Below, piece after piece: positions 9,670 through 19,221 of a DNA stretch of 22,655 nucleotides. Below the pieces are notes generated by a model, which was not told the DNA's origin, made no database searches, and worked only from the letters and a program-made list of their open reading frames with translations. Position 1 is the first letter of the stretch. Each line of letters opens with the position of its first letter. The translations under genes were made by a program, and so were the position numbers. The stretch comes from Lobosporangium transversale (Eukaryota), in contig NW_019029019.1 of assembly GCF_002105155.1 (NCBI RefSeq), positions 372,001 through 394,655 of the forward strand, written 5' to 3'.

Positions 9670-10512
9670 TTAGGATTTCGCTACCTTGTAGAGAATGTAA
9701 GAAACCCCAGCTATTAGTGCTGCTGGCCCTGAAGCTACAAATGCAGCGGATGTAGCCATACCAGCAGTTTCACCCACAGCGAGTGCAACTGCACCTACAG
9801 TTGCAACTGCACCTACAGTTGCAGCTGCACCTACAGCTGAACTCAACGTGAAAATTGTGAACTCCTTGAAACTAGCCTTGTATTCTTCTTCGGTAACCGT
9901 AATATCATTGACATTTTGCGCTCGTTTTGCATTGATTCTCTCAAGCATATTAATGAGTGGCTGTATGTCTGGCTTCTCATCATTATCGTAGTCTCTGATA
10001 ACAAGCACACGATCGGTCCTGACATCAGCACCAGTGTTGGCCTTGATTGTTTCCACCACTGTTTCTATACACTGCGGTGTGGCATAATATTTCAGGTTGC
10101 GCTTCTTGACCTGGTTGATAATCAAAAGGATCTCGAACACGGGTGACAATGCTTCGTGAATCTTCTTGATCAAGAGCAGGTCCCCGTGTTGGATTCTTCC
10201 GTTGTGATCCGCTACAACAACCCCGATCCTAAGAGGAATATTATACGTTGGCCCAATTTGTAACGCTTTGGTGATTTCTTCTGCATTGCGTCTCGTCGTG
10301 TCTAGGGTCGCCTCAAACAGGCCTGGTGCATCAACCATGAGCACCAACTGACCATCAATCCAAACATCCTCACACAGTACGTCTTTTGTTACTCCAGTGC
10401 CATCCAACGAGAAGCCGGACTTGAAATTTGCCCCAAGGTTGTTTGCAATGAAACTCTTGCCGGTTCCAGGGTTGCCAGTGATGAACAGAGCGAAGCTGTA
10501 TTTTGCGTCCAT
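9670..10512 (-). CDS. AIG1/GIMAP-like P-loop GTPase, paralog D, 280 aa from ATG 10512, with an extended Ala/Val/Gly hydrophobic tail
   Basis: MDAKYSFALFITGNPGTGKS, FKSGFSLDGTGVTK, DAPG, VVVADHNGRIQHGD, NQVK. The ATG aligns with the paralog starts; the upstream TTG extension is pyrimidine-rich UTR-like sequence. Confidence 0.88.
   Translation of the reverse strand: MDAKYSFALFITGNPGTGKSFIANNLGANFKSGFSLDGTGVTKDVLCEDVWIDGQLVLMVDAPGLFEATLDTTRRNAEEITKALQIGPTYNIPLRIGVVVADHNGRIQHGDLLLIKKIHEALSPVFEILLIINQVKKRNLKYYATPQCIETVVETIKANTGADVRTDRVLVIRDYDNDEKPDIQPLINMLERINAKRAQNVNDITVTEEEYKASFKEFTIFTLSSAVGAAATVGAVATVGAVALAVGETAGMATSAAFVASGPAALIAGVSYILYKVAKS
9785..9838. repeat. Three copies of an 18-bp coding tandem repeat (xATVGA hexapeptide) in the paralog D tail
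   Basis: gcaactgcacctacagtt x2 plus gcagctgcacctacagct. Confidence 0.9.
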
Positions 10513-10655
10513 TGGTGATAGAAAAAGGAGGAGAGGGGAGGAGGAGAGGGGAGGAGAAAAGGGTTCGATGCTGTTGTAAATCCTTTTCAATTTTCAATGG
10601 GTTTTATATCTTTCTTTTCACAGCCCCTGATTTTTTTTTTTTTTTTTTTTTTTTA

Positions 10656-10778
10656 CTTCGCCAAATATAACACAAGCCGATTGTTTGGCAGCCTGAACTT
10701 TATGCAGTTTTTTCTGTCTTTTACTTCCCTTCCTGTCTTTTGTGCCAAGAAGAAGGAACACAATATTAGCTGGTGAAG
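10656..10778. promoter_or_regulatory. CTTCGCCA / TGGTGAAG motifs upstream of paralog D
   Basis: CTTCGCCA at 10656 next to a poly(T) tract; TGGTGAAG at 10771. Confidence 0.4.
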
Positions 10779-11219
10779 ACAATAATCAGCGACAAACTCC
10801 TGACTGTCGGGTAGGACGCTCTTATCCTTCCATATTTGTAGCTTAAGATCACAGCATAGTCATCACGCTGTAATTGTTATTCCACTATTCCCCCACCATA
10901 GCTTCCAATATATCAACAACACAAAACAATGTTCTAGTCCTCCTTCCTAACTATGATCATATCAAAGCAAATCGATGTTCCCTCTTGCGTTTCAATCTCG
11001 CCATCGTCGACAAGTTATTGTTGAAACTTATTCAACCTTTATATGCCCTTGCAAGGTTCTGGAATGACAATGAGGACGATTCCCTTGAAGTTAAGTTCCC
11101 CGGTGATGAAAAAAAAAAAAGAAAAAAAAAAAAAAAAGCTGAAAACCACTGGGCACTGTTAACTGATGACACCTTCCTTTGTTTCCAGAAGTGGGTTATT
11201 CTCTTGTGCCTACCAGTGC

Positions 11220-11283
<64 letters not shown>
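11220..11283. repeat. (TGT)n microsatellite fused to a poly(T) tract
   Basis: About 11 TGT units followed by about 30 T. Confidence 0.9.
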
Positions 11284-11284
<1 letters not shown>

Positions 11285-11683
11285 ATGTAAACTTCCAAAC
11301 AGGAAGAATCTTGGTCAACTGGTGGTGAGGATGTCCGCTAATGTGTGTTACTCCTGTATCTCCTACTGCAGCGTCCTCAAAGTCATCTTTCCATGCTCGA
11401 AATACTGTCGCAGTCACTAGATCTACTTCGACCGCAATACAGTCGGAGCGAAAAACATCGCTCGTGTCTGCTTGGCACATGTTCTCTTTTGACAAAAGCG
11501 GGCCGGTCATACCAGTAACCTCCCGTTCACACAGAACACTTCCAGTGGCAAGAAGGTTAAGGCCTTACCATATGCCTATTGTAAGTGAAAGAACTGCGCC
11601 CACATAATTTGTAGTTTACAGCAAATTCTTGTAAATAAAAGAATGTTGGCATCATTGTTTGATTGATGAAAAATTCTTTTATT

Positions 11684-14600
11684 TTATGGCGAAAGAACAG
11701 GGCTCGCCAACGGTGAGACGGAGCCTTCTGCATCCTGTTCCAGATCTTCCAACAGCTCCACCTCTTCTTCATCAAACTCATCCGAATAATCAGCATATGT
11801 CTCTTGGCTCTTCCTATAGCTAGTAACATCGCCACTTGCTTCAGAATGAGCAGGATCGAATTCAAAATCGTATTCAGGTAACTTTGGTGATTGTCCTCGA
11901 CTTTGTTGTTGTTGTTGTTGTCCGAAATCCAATGCCCTTGAAGAAACCCGACGAGGCTGTCCAAACATAGGTTCGGAGGAGGAGGATGTGCTTGAGAAAA
12001 TGTTTGTGTTCGGGAATATTGGCCTATTCTCTTTATCTTCATCATCCTCTTCATATTGACTATCCTGCGACTGTGGAGTGCCTTCCCCATCTCTACCCCC
12101 CTCATACTCATATCCATATTCATCGTCATTGATTTCAGAGGAGTTACGACTGTTTTCTTGATCATATTCTTGATTATAGTCCTCATCCTCATTATACTCT
12201 TCATCCTCTTTTTCGTTCAGCTTGGCACCGTCACCACGCTCATTTTGACTATAATCTTTCCGATAATTATATGCATTGGCTCCATTGTCACTGTCATCAT
12301 CCCCTAATATAATAACCTCGTCATCATCTTCAGAGCGATTCTTTCTCTTCGATGTCTTGCTCTTTGCTAGCTCCTGTTCTTGTGTTGATGGCTTCTTCAT
12401 GAAGGCTGTGAATGGATTGACAGATGAAGAACGCGAGTCTTTTTTGGAAATACTATCACTTTCAAATTTAGCTGAGCCTCGAGCTGAGAATCCTCCAGTC
12501 CCTGAGCCAAATGAAGATCCGGTTGCAAATCCAAATGCTGCTGCCGTACCCATAGATGAGGCGCCAAACATGGCTTTATCGGCCGTACTTTCATTCGAAT
12601 TTACGCCTGAAAATGAGACTTTTTTAGAAGCCGAAGCGCTATCGACTCCTGGTGACGTAGCCCTAAAGCTAAAACTACTAGCTTCTCTATTAGAAGGAAC
12701 ACTTTGAGAAGCCGACGAGAACACTGATTGTGGGCCGAACTTTTCGTCTTCTTTGCTTTTTGTTGCGAAGCTGGCCTGTCCAAAGCCAAAGCCAAAGCCA
12801 AAGGCAGGGGGTGCTTTAGGCACGCCAGGAGATGCAGAGCTGACAGGTGACTGGCCGAAACCGAAACTACTGCTCGAAGAGGTATCCCTTGATGTTGTTA
12901 ACTTGGCAGCATCTGACGATGCAGACGTTCCAAAACCACCAACATTGGGAGATGAAGACGCTGAAATCCCAAAATTAGAGCTGGCCCTAGTTGATTTAGC
13001 AGGCGATGTTGCAAGTGTAGGGACAGTTGCGGTGTTTGACTTGGACATTGAAAATGAAAAAGTAGGCGGGGCGGTGCTTATATTGTTGCTGGTCATTGCC
13101 GATGAGGTCGGGGCCTCGTTAGAAGCAATTCCGAATGGCGATTTCGAGGCGCTAACGGCAGCAAACGGATTGGCAGGGAGCGTTGTATTTGACAATGGTT
13201 TCAGAGTATCTTCCTTCAGAGTTGACACAGGAGTGTTAAAAATACTTCCGGAAGATGGTTTGGCTGAGGAAGATCCAAAGGCGAAAGTGGATGGAGACAT
13301 TGAGGAACCTGCCTTGGTGTTGACTGGGATTCCAAAATTAATTGTAGGCGAAGTTGTATTGAGTTTTGATGGTGCACCGAAACCAACTGTTGGATTAAAT
13401 GGTGTGCTAGATTTGGAAGGGGAGTCAGACTCAGATAAAGGTGCAGAGATGCCTGTCTTTTCCGGAACGGACTTCTCTGAGACTAGGCCTGCACTTATAG
13501 GTTTGGCAGCCTTTGTTGATGTCGGAAATACTGTCGCGAAAGCAGTGTTGCTTGGCGCCTGATCTTCATCATTATTGGAGTCTTTGTGCACAATTGCCAA
13601 AATCTTTTCTGCAACGGTTTGTGGACGAGCATTGTTACTTGGACCCGCCTTCGCCTTAACCAGAGACACAGGGGGCGACAGGTCTATAACTGATGAGTTC
13701 TTCAGAACTGGCTTCTTCTCGGCTGAAATTAAGTCTTTATCATCATTCGAGACGGATTCTGTAGCTGAAATCTTACGCTTCAAGACAGACGGTGATTGCC
13801 CAATCACGCCTTTTCCATGTGCTGCTGCTGTCTTTGTAATATCCATTTCCTTAGCTGTTTTCTCTGCTACTAGAGATTCTGCCTTTTTTTCCTTTTCCTT
13901 ATTGACCCAATACTCCGCGTTTTCTTTCCTGATTTGTGCACGCTCCTCCATTCTACGTTTTTTTGCAACTTCCGGCGGCTCTGTTCCTTTCCACTCTAAA
14001 AATCGCTTCACCTTGACATGGTTTGGCAAGTCATTCCATTCGACACCCTTGTACTTTTCAATCTCAAGATACTCATCTAGAGATGGAAGCGGGGTCTGCT
14101 TTGGTACATCGTTATTGAGGCCTGTAGATTCTTGAAGGATCGCTAATGGGGCAGCTCGGCGAACAGAACCTCGAGGTATGGATAATTTGGTCCTTTCCGA
14201 TGATGAGGTTGATGCCTTTGCGGGTAGATTTTCAGATTGGGCGGTAGCTTTAACAGGGAAAATATCTGTAAATGCTCCGTTCTTAGGGATGTCGGAGGCT
14301 GATTGGGGACATCTTGTTGGTTAGTATACTCTTGCACTTTTTTTTAAAAATTACGACAGAAGATCAATGGGGAATTTTTTCTTTTTTAAAAAATATAAAA
14401 TAAAAAATTAAAAAAAAAACTTACGAATAATAGAGTCCATAATGAGTAGACAGCAATACTCTGCCTGCTTATACGTCAAGAGATGGCCTCTTTGGCGTCT
14501 GAAGAATTCCTCCAAGAATTCAATATTATGGACAGGATGCATACCAAACTTATCCAAATTAATGGGCGTATCATTCTTATTCTCTTGCTCATATTTTCCT

Positions 14601-16391
14601 ACTGGCTTGGGTTCTTCAGGCTTAAGTGCATCCTTAATTCGTGAGGGCTTGGGAGTGGCGATCGGTGGACAGTCCACAAAATGCTCTCCGGAGGACGTCG
14701 AGGGAAGTTTGATTGAAGGGCTAACGGATCGGCTCTGCATTGGCGAAAACTCGATATCCTCAGGCACCGCAAGCCCGGACTCAAATGGTTGAGGTGAAGG
14801 GCTTCTACGTGTGAAGGCAATAGAGTTGGTGTTTGACTTTTGCTTCTCAATTTCGAGATCCTCTTTCTGTTGTATCTGATCAGCAGCAAGCTCATGCTCC
14901 TCCTCGTTCTCATCAATGGCATCTGGCGATTCTGGTGGGTAATATTTTACTGTATCTGCAGTCTCCTCAATGTTATCGTCGTCTGAGTATGAGTAGACAA
15001 GACCTTGGGAATAGCTTGTCTCGGCCTCATAGTCGTCAGCATCCTCCTCATCGAACTGAACAGTCGAATGAAAGGTTTGGTCCTCATGCTCTTCTCTCGC
15101 AGCGATAGTTGTAGATACTTCGTCACCATCATCAACAGCAGGTGAAAATGGATCTTTCGCATCATGCAGCACTTCAGCTGTAACCTCGTCTAAGGCCTCC
15201 ATTTTTTTTCGCAGAGCCTTTGATTCTTGAATGATTTCATTTGACTTGCGAAGCTCTGCTGCAATACGATCACCAAGCTCACCAGCATCCCTTTCAACTG
15301 CCTCGATCTCTTCGGCTTTGTCCTTCTTCGACTGTTTGCTCTTCTTTTTCTTCTTACCCTTTTGATTCGACGGTTCAAGTTTTTGACTATCATCTTCCTG
15401 CTGGATCGATGAGATTTCTTCAGGCGCTGGGCTTGATTCTTTGTTGACAGCATCTGATGTCTGACTTTCTTCCATGGCCTCCTTGTCCATGTTGTTTTCT
15501 TCTTCAGCTTTGGCTGCCAGGCTGCGCGTTGTCCTGCGAGTAGGGCGTATGGATGTAGAGGGCTGTAGAGGCTTTCTCCGTGTACGTCTTGATTCCTTAC
15601 GATCAGCTACAGCATCTGAATCATGTCCACTCAGTGCACTCTCTTCGTGCTCTAAGCGATGCTTTGTACTATGAACTCTCTCCGCCGGGTCCACTACACT
15701 GCCTTCGGGTGTTGAAGTAGGTTCTTGTGATGATGCAACTAATGTAATCTAAAAGCGACATGATATAAAAAAACAAAATTGGTTATGGCAAAGATTATAA
15801 TTTACTAAGCCATTTTTTTAAAGGTAAACAAAAACATCTCTTCAGATCTTTTATGATACCTCAGAGTTTAAAGTGTTAGAGGCTTCAGCCGCATCATCCA
15901 CAATTTCAATCACGTCTAGTGTTTCCTGAGTAACCCTCACTTCACTCACTTCTGTGGTAGTAGTGGTAGTGGTAACAACTGAATCTAGCTGCATCAGCTC
16001 TGCATCAGCTCTCTCTTCGTCAGTTTCACTAAGAACCTCCTGCTGGGTCTCTTGTTCTTCTTCTTGTTCTTGCTCCTGCTCCTGTCCTTGCTCTTGCTCT
16101 TGTAATTCTCGTGATGAGGTTGCTTCGTTGTACCATGGATTCAAGAAGTGAGCCAATCGTAGCCTTAATGACGATGTTTTATTCTATTTTTTCAATAATA
16201 ATAATAATAAAGAGCTTAGTAGAGGAAGATATCGGACAGAATAAATGGCCATATCATTTACATACATGTTGGAGGCCTTGGGAGGAAGTCCTGCGTTTCG
16301 ATTGCCTGTCAGGTCGTGCATATGGTGTCCTTCGTGTAGCGGAATGCTGCTTCTCGCGACGCGATAGTGGATTTGTTTTAGACCTGTCCAT
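11684..16391 (-). CDS. Nuclear-basket FG nucleoporin-like protein (Nup60/Nup1/Nup124-like), ~1462 aa. Exons 16391-16266, 16183-15860, 15748-14425, 14298-11684
   Basis: GT..AG introns join the ORFs in frame (gtatgt, gtatca, gtaagt donors; a perfect TACTAAC branch point before the CAG at 14299-14301). The basic N-terminus RRTPYARP, amphipathic SLRLRLAHFLNPW and helical NIEFLEEFFRRQRGHLLTYKQAEYCCLLI resemble Nup60/Nup1 N-terminal elements. Then a Ser/Thr-rich region with FG/FxF repeats (INFG, FAFG, FSF, FGFGQ, FGFGFGFG) and an acidic tail. Confidence 0.72.
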
Positions 16392-18117
16392 TTAATTGTA
16401 TTGAGATGAAAGCGTATTCCCGTCGCGTATGGTGTACAGGCGTATTGATGCCAAGAGGAAGTTTAGTGGAAAAAAAAAAAAAAAAAAAAAAAAGATTTAT
16501 TTTTTTTTTTAACCAGCAAACTCTTCGAGGAATGTACTGATGTGTAATGGTTGCAAATGTGTGAGAACGTGTGAATGAACAATAAAAAACTTTCTCGGTT
16601 TACAAAAAAAAGGTCACGGGCTACGTTTTTATGATTGGAAATAAAGCAGGAACACCTCTACCACAAGAACCACTAGCAGAGCATCAGCGCCAGTACCGAA
16701 ACGTACGGAGTGAACCACGGATAAGAGTAATGTCAAGCCATTGAAAAAGAGCCTACTGAACAGCCGCAAAGATCATCCAAGTATAGCCACATCTCTTAGA
16801 TAGCTGACTATTTCCCGCCTTTTGTGTCGGCAGCCATACACAATGTTTCCCTGGATGGGATTCAGGCCCCGTAAGAGAGACTTTCCTTGATGACAGGGAT
16901 GCTTCGACTCTCCAACAATGCGTTGCGGTTATTTTCATGCCCTCAATAAACTGAGAGGGTGTCATGTAACGCGTCGCTGCCCATATCCAAGATCAATTCA
17001 GTTTCTGACTAGCGCCGATGTCGCAGTTTCTAGTCTAAGGACATGATCGCAATCTTAATCATCAAACAACAGTGTAAATGTAAGGAGGCTTGATGAGATT
17101 AATGGCAAAGGCCATGATCATTCCCAAAGTAAATTTTTTTTAGTTTTTAGAACAGTCTTTCCGATAAAAAAAAAAAAAAAAAAAAGTAGATGGCTTCTGT
17201 TAGTTATAAGTGAAGTTGTTTAAATTATAACAGCCATTGAATGTTTGTTCTACTGCAAGTGCAATTAACCAACTTTATCCGACAAATAAGAAAGAAGTGA
17301 GAACTCTTAGACACTTCCTGAAGAAAACATTGTAAAATCCATTCGATCTTGATCCTTATACAATTCCACAATACCAATACAACATGATATTGATGTAATT
17401 CAGGTACTCAAGGTCATCTGTCCTCAACCGAGAGATGACTTGTAGTCCGACATTTGCTCATCAACATGGTCTCATCCCTCAGTTGATTGTCTGTCAGCTC
17501 GATCTATGAAAGGGTTGATCGAGATGATTAAACCTGGAACTAAGGCGGAGAGCAGGACCAAGATAGAGATCAAGTCTGGCCAAAAGCGGGTCAGAAATGA
17601 CATCGTAGGAGTCTCTAATACTAAAAGCACATGCTGATCAAGGAGCATTGGATTATAGTTCCTGAGGACGAACGCACGAACAAACGCACTTGTTTAGAGC
17701 CATGACTCTAAACCAACTTACCAAACGACAACATATCACTATCATTGGCAAACGAGAGCTATTAATGACTACTTGTTCAACTTCGAACCTGAAGAATATC
17801 ATCAATTACCTATTATACTATCGCACTACTTATGAGGTCTCCGTACAGCAGTCATTATTCGGGAGATGGATTGCCTGGGTAGCGAAAACGTCTTAAGGAG
17901 ACCCGCTGCCTTGACACTCGTTTATCTTTCTGTTTAGTTACAAGGCCCATCAAATCCATACTCGCTAGAGTAGTTCCTTGGGATAAACCCGTACAAGCCG
18001 AGAATAGAACTCGAGCAACAGCTAGCCATCAAATAATAAAATAATAGGAGGAAGACTTTTTACTCAAGGGCAAGGACAAACATATCCTGCTTGTATCTTC
18101 ATCTCTCTCTTAAATTT

Positions 18118-18148
18118 TGGCACGAACAATGGCACGAACAATGGCACG
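18118..18148. repeat. 12-bp tandem repeat TGGCACGAACAA (about 2.6 copies)
   Basis: tggcacgaacaa tggcacgaacaa tggcacg. Confidence 0.85.
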
Positions 18149-18279
18149 TGTGTCATGCATGAAAAACCCAAAATAGTTTATTTAAGTTTTGTCTAAATTG
18201 CGCTGTAGAACGGCATAACTTTTTAAATCAATCCCTGCATTTGAAATATCGTTCAAAGAGAAGAAATAGGCTTTCTTTT

Positions 18280-18546
18280 TGCATGGTAATGTTTGTGATG
18301 GGCTATGCCAAGAACGAAGCGATAATTCCTATCCACCCTTCAAGCCTCGGATAATTTAATGCCCATCCCTGTGCAATGGCTTTACAAAAAGGAGGCAAGG
18401 AAATAGTGCAGGATATTGTCAGTCAGAGGATCATTGCTGCTAAGCCCCGAGCATGAAGTGACGTCTCTGAATGAGGGCAATTACCATCTCCTATTTTTGT
18501 TCTTTCTCCCCTGTTCTGCATGGTAATGCCAATGCATTGGCTATGC
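18280..18546 (+). promoter_or_regulatory. Duplicated bipartite upstream motif TGCATGGTAATG-N9/10-GGCTATGC
   Basis: Copies at 18280-18308 and 18517-18546; reverse-oriented ATTACCAT at 18480. Confidence 0.45.
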
Positions 18547-18751
18547 ACTAATAGAAAATATTCTCCGTCATTTGATCAGTAACTCGATGGACAAAAGCGC
18601 CGCGACTGTTTTCAAGTCGAATCATAGTTGCGCCAAGTGCTCGGTTTCCACATCTATAGTATTGAACTGCAGCCATTCCAACGCCTTCACTTTTTGGACA
18701 ATTGAGGACAGTCTTAGTTGAGGGACGCAGCTCTAATCATTCCTGCTCCAA

Positions 18752-18964
18752 TATAAATAGCTCTTCCTGTGCCTCTCTCTTTTTCCTTAAACCTTTAAAC
18801 CTTCAAGACCACAACAAGGTACACAGCCAGCCTCCTTATCACTTCTCCAGCTTCCTCCCATCATTGCTAATGTTCTCTCATTCTCTGACTATTCTTTTAT
18901 GATTAAAAATGAAGCTAATGTACTGTCCACTTTACAATATGATATTCTCTTCATATCGATATAG
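18752..18964 (+). promoter_or_regulatory. TATA box (18752-18759) and predicted 5'UTR intron (18819-18964) of the small secreted protein gene
   Basis: TATAAATA followed by a CT-rich tract; AAG|GTACAC donor, GCTAAT branch sites, TAG acceptor 8 nt before the ATG in an ACAACATG context. Confidence 0.6.
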
Positions 18965-18972
18965 CTTACAAC

Positions 18973-19221
18973 ATGTTACGAAAGACTCTCTTGGCCATAT
19001 TCATTCTTGCCTCTGTTGCGAGCGCTGACATTCCCGGTGTCAGGCGAGATGGTAGCGGTTTCCATATCGACTATGGAACCAAGCTTTATCCTTGCACTGT
19101 TGGCAAAAACTCGTGCAAGTCAGATGGCCCATGCCAAGCTCATGAAATGGCAACTTCCTTTTATGCATGTGGTGACTCGGGATGGAGTGTGTGCACCGGA
19201 TTTTGCAGGGGTAGACCCTAG
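18973..19221 (+). CDS. Small secreted cysteine-rich protein (82 aa), candidate antimicrobial or effector peptide
   Basis: Signal peptide MLRKTLLAIFILASVASA (AxA cleavage), short propeptide ending in a dibasic RR, six cysteines in the mature part. TATA box upstream; AATAAA at 19274 and ~19290. Confidence 0.85.
   Translation: MLRKTLLAIFILASVASADIPGVRRDGSGFHIDYGTKLYPCTVGKNSCKSDGPCQAHEMATSFYACGDSGWSVCTGFCRGRP

Noticed and set aside
10513..10590. N-terminal extension of paralog D from a TTG start
   Set aside because: It is CT-rich 5'UTR-like sequence, and ATG 10512 aligns with the other paralogs' starts.
10874..11607. Overlapping ORFs around the TGT/poly(T) tract
   Set aside because: They stay open because of simple repeats. 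The flanks may be decayed coding DNA, but I cannot identify them.
12276..14135. Long plus-strand ORFs (12276-12707, 12753-13562, 13575-14135)
   Set aside because: Antisense shadows of the Ser/Thr/Pro-rich nucleoporin exon, with no independent motifs.
14143..14337. Minus-strand 64-aa ORF as a nucleoporin exon
   Set aside because: It ends in a stop. The frame continuous with 11684-14029 is different and is reached with the CAG acceptor downstream of TACTAAC.
16650..17900. GC-richer patches with short ORFs that might be gene or transposon relics
   Set aside because: No recognisable motifs in the frames I read.
18118..18148. Short direct repeats as a CRISPR-like array
   Set aside because: No spacers, eukaryotic context and no cas genes.
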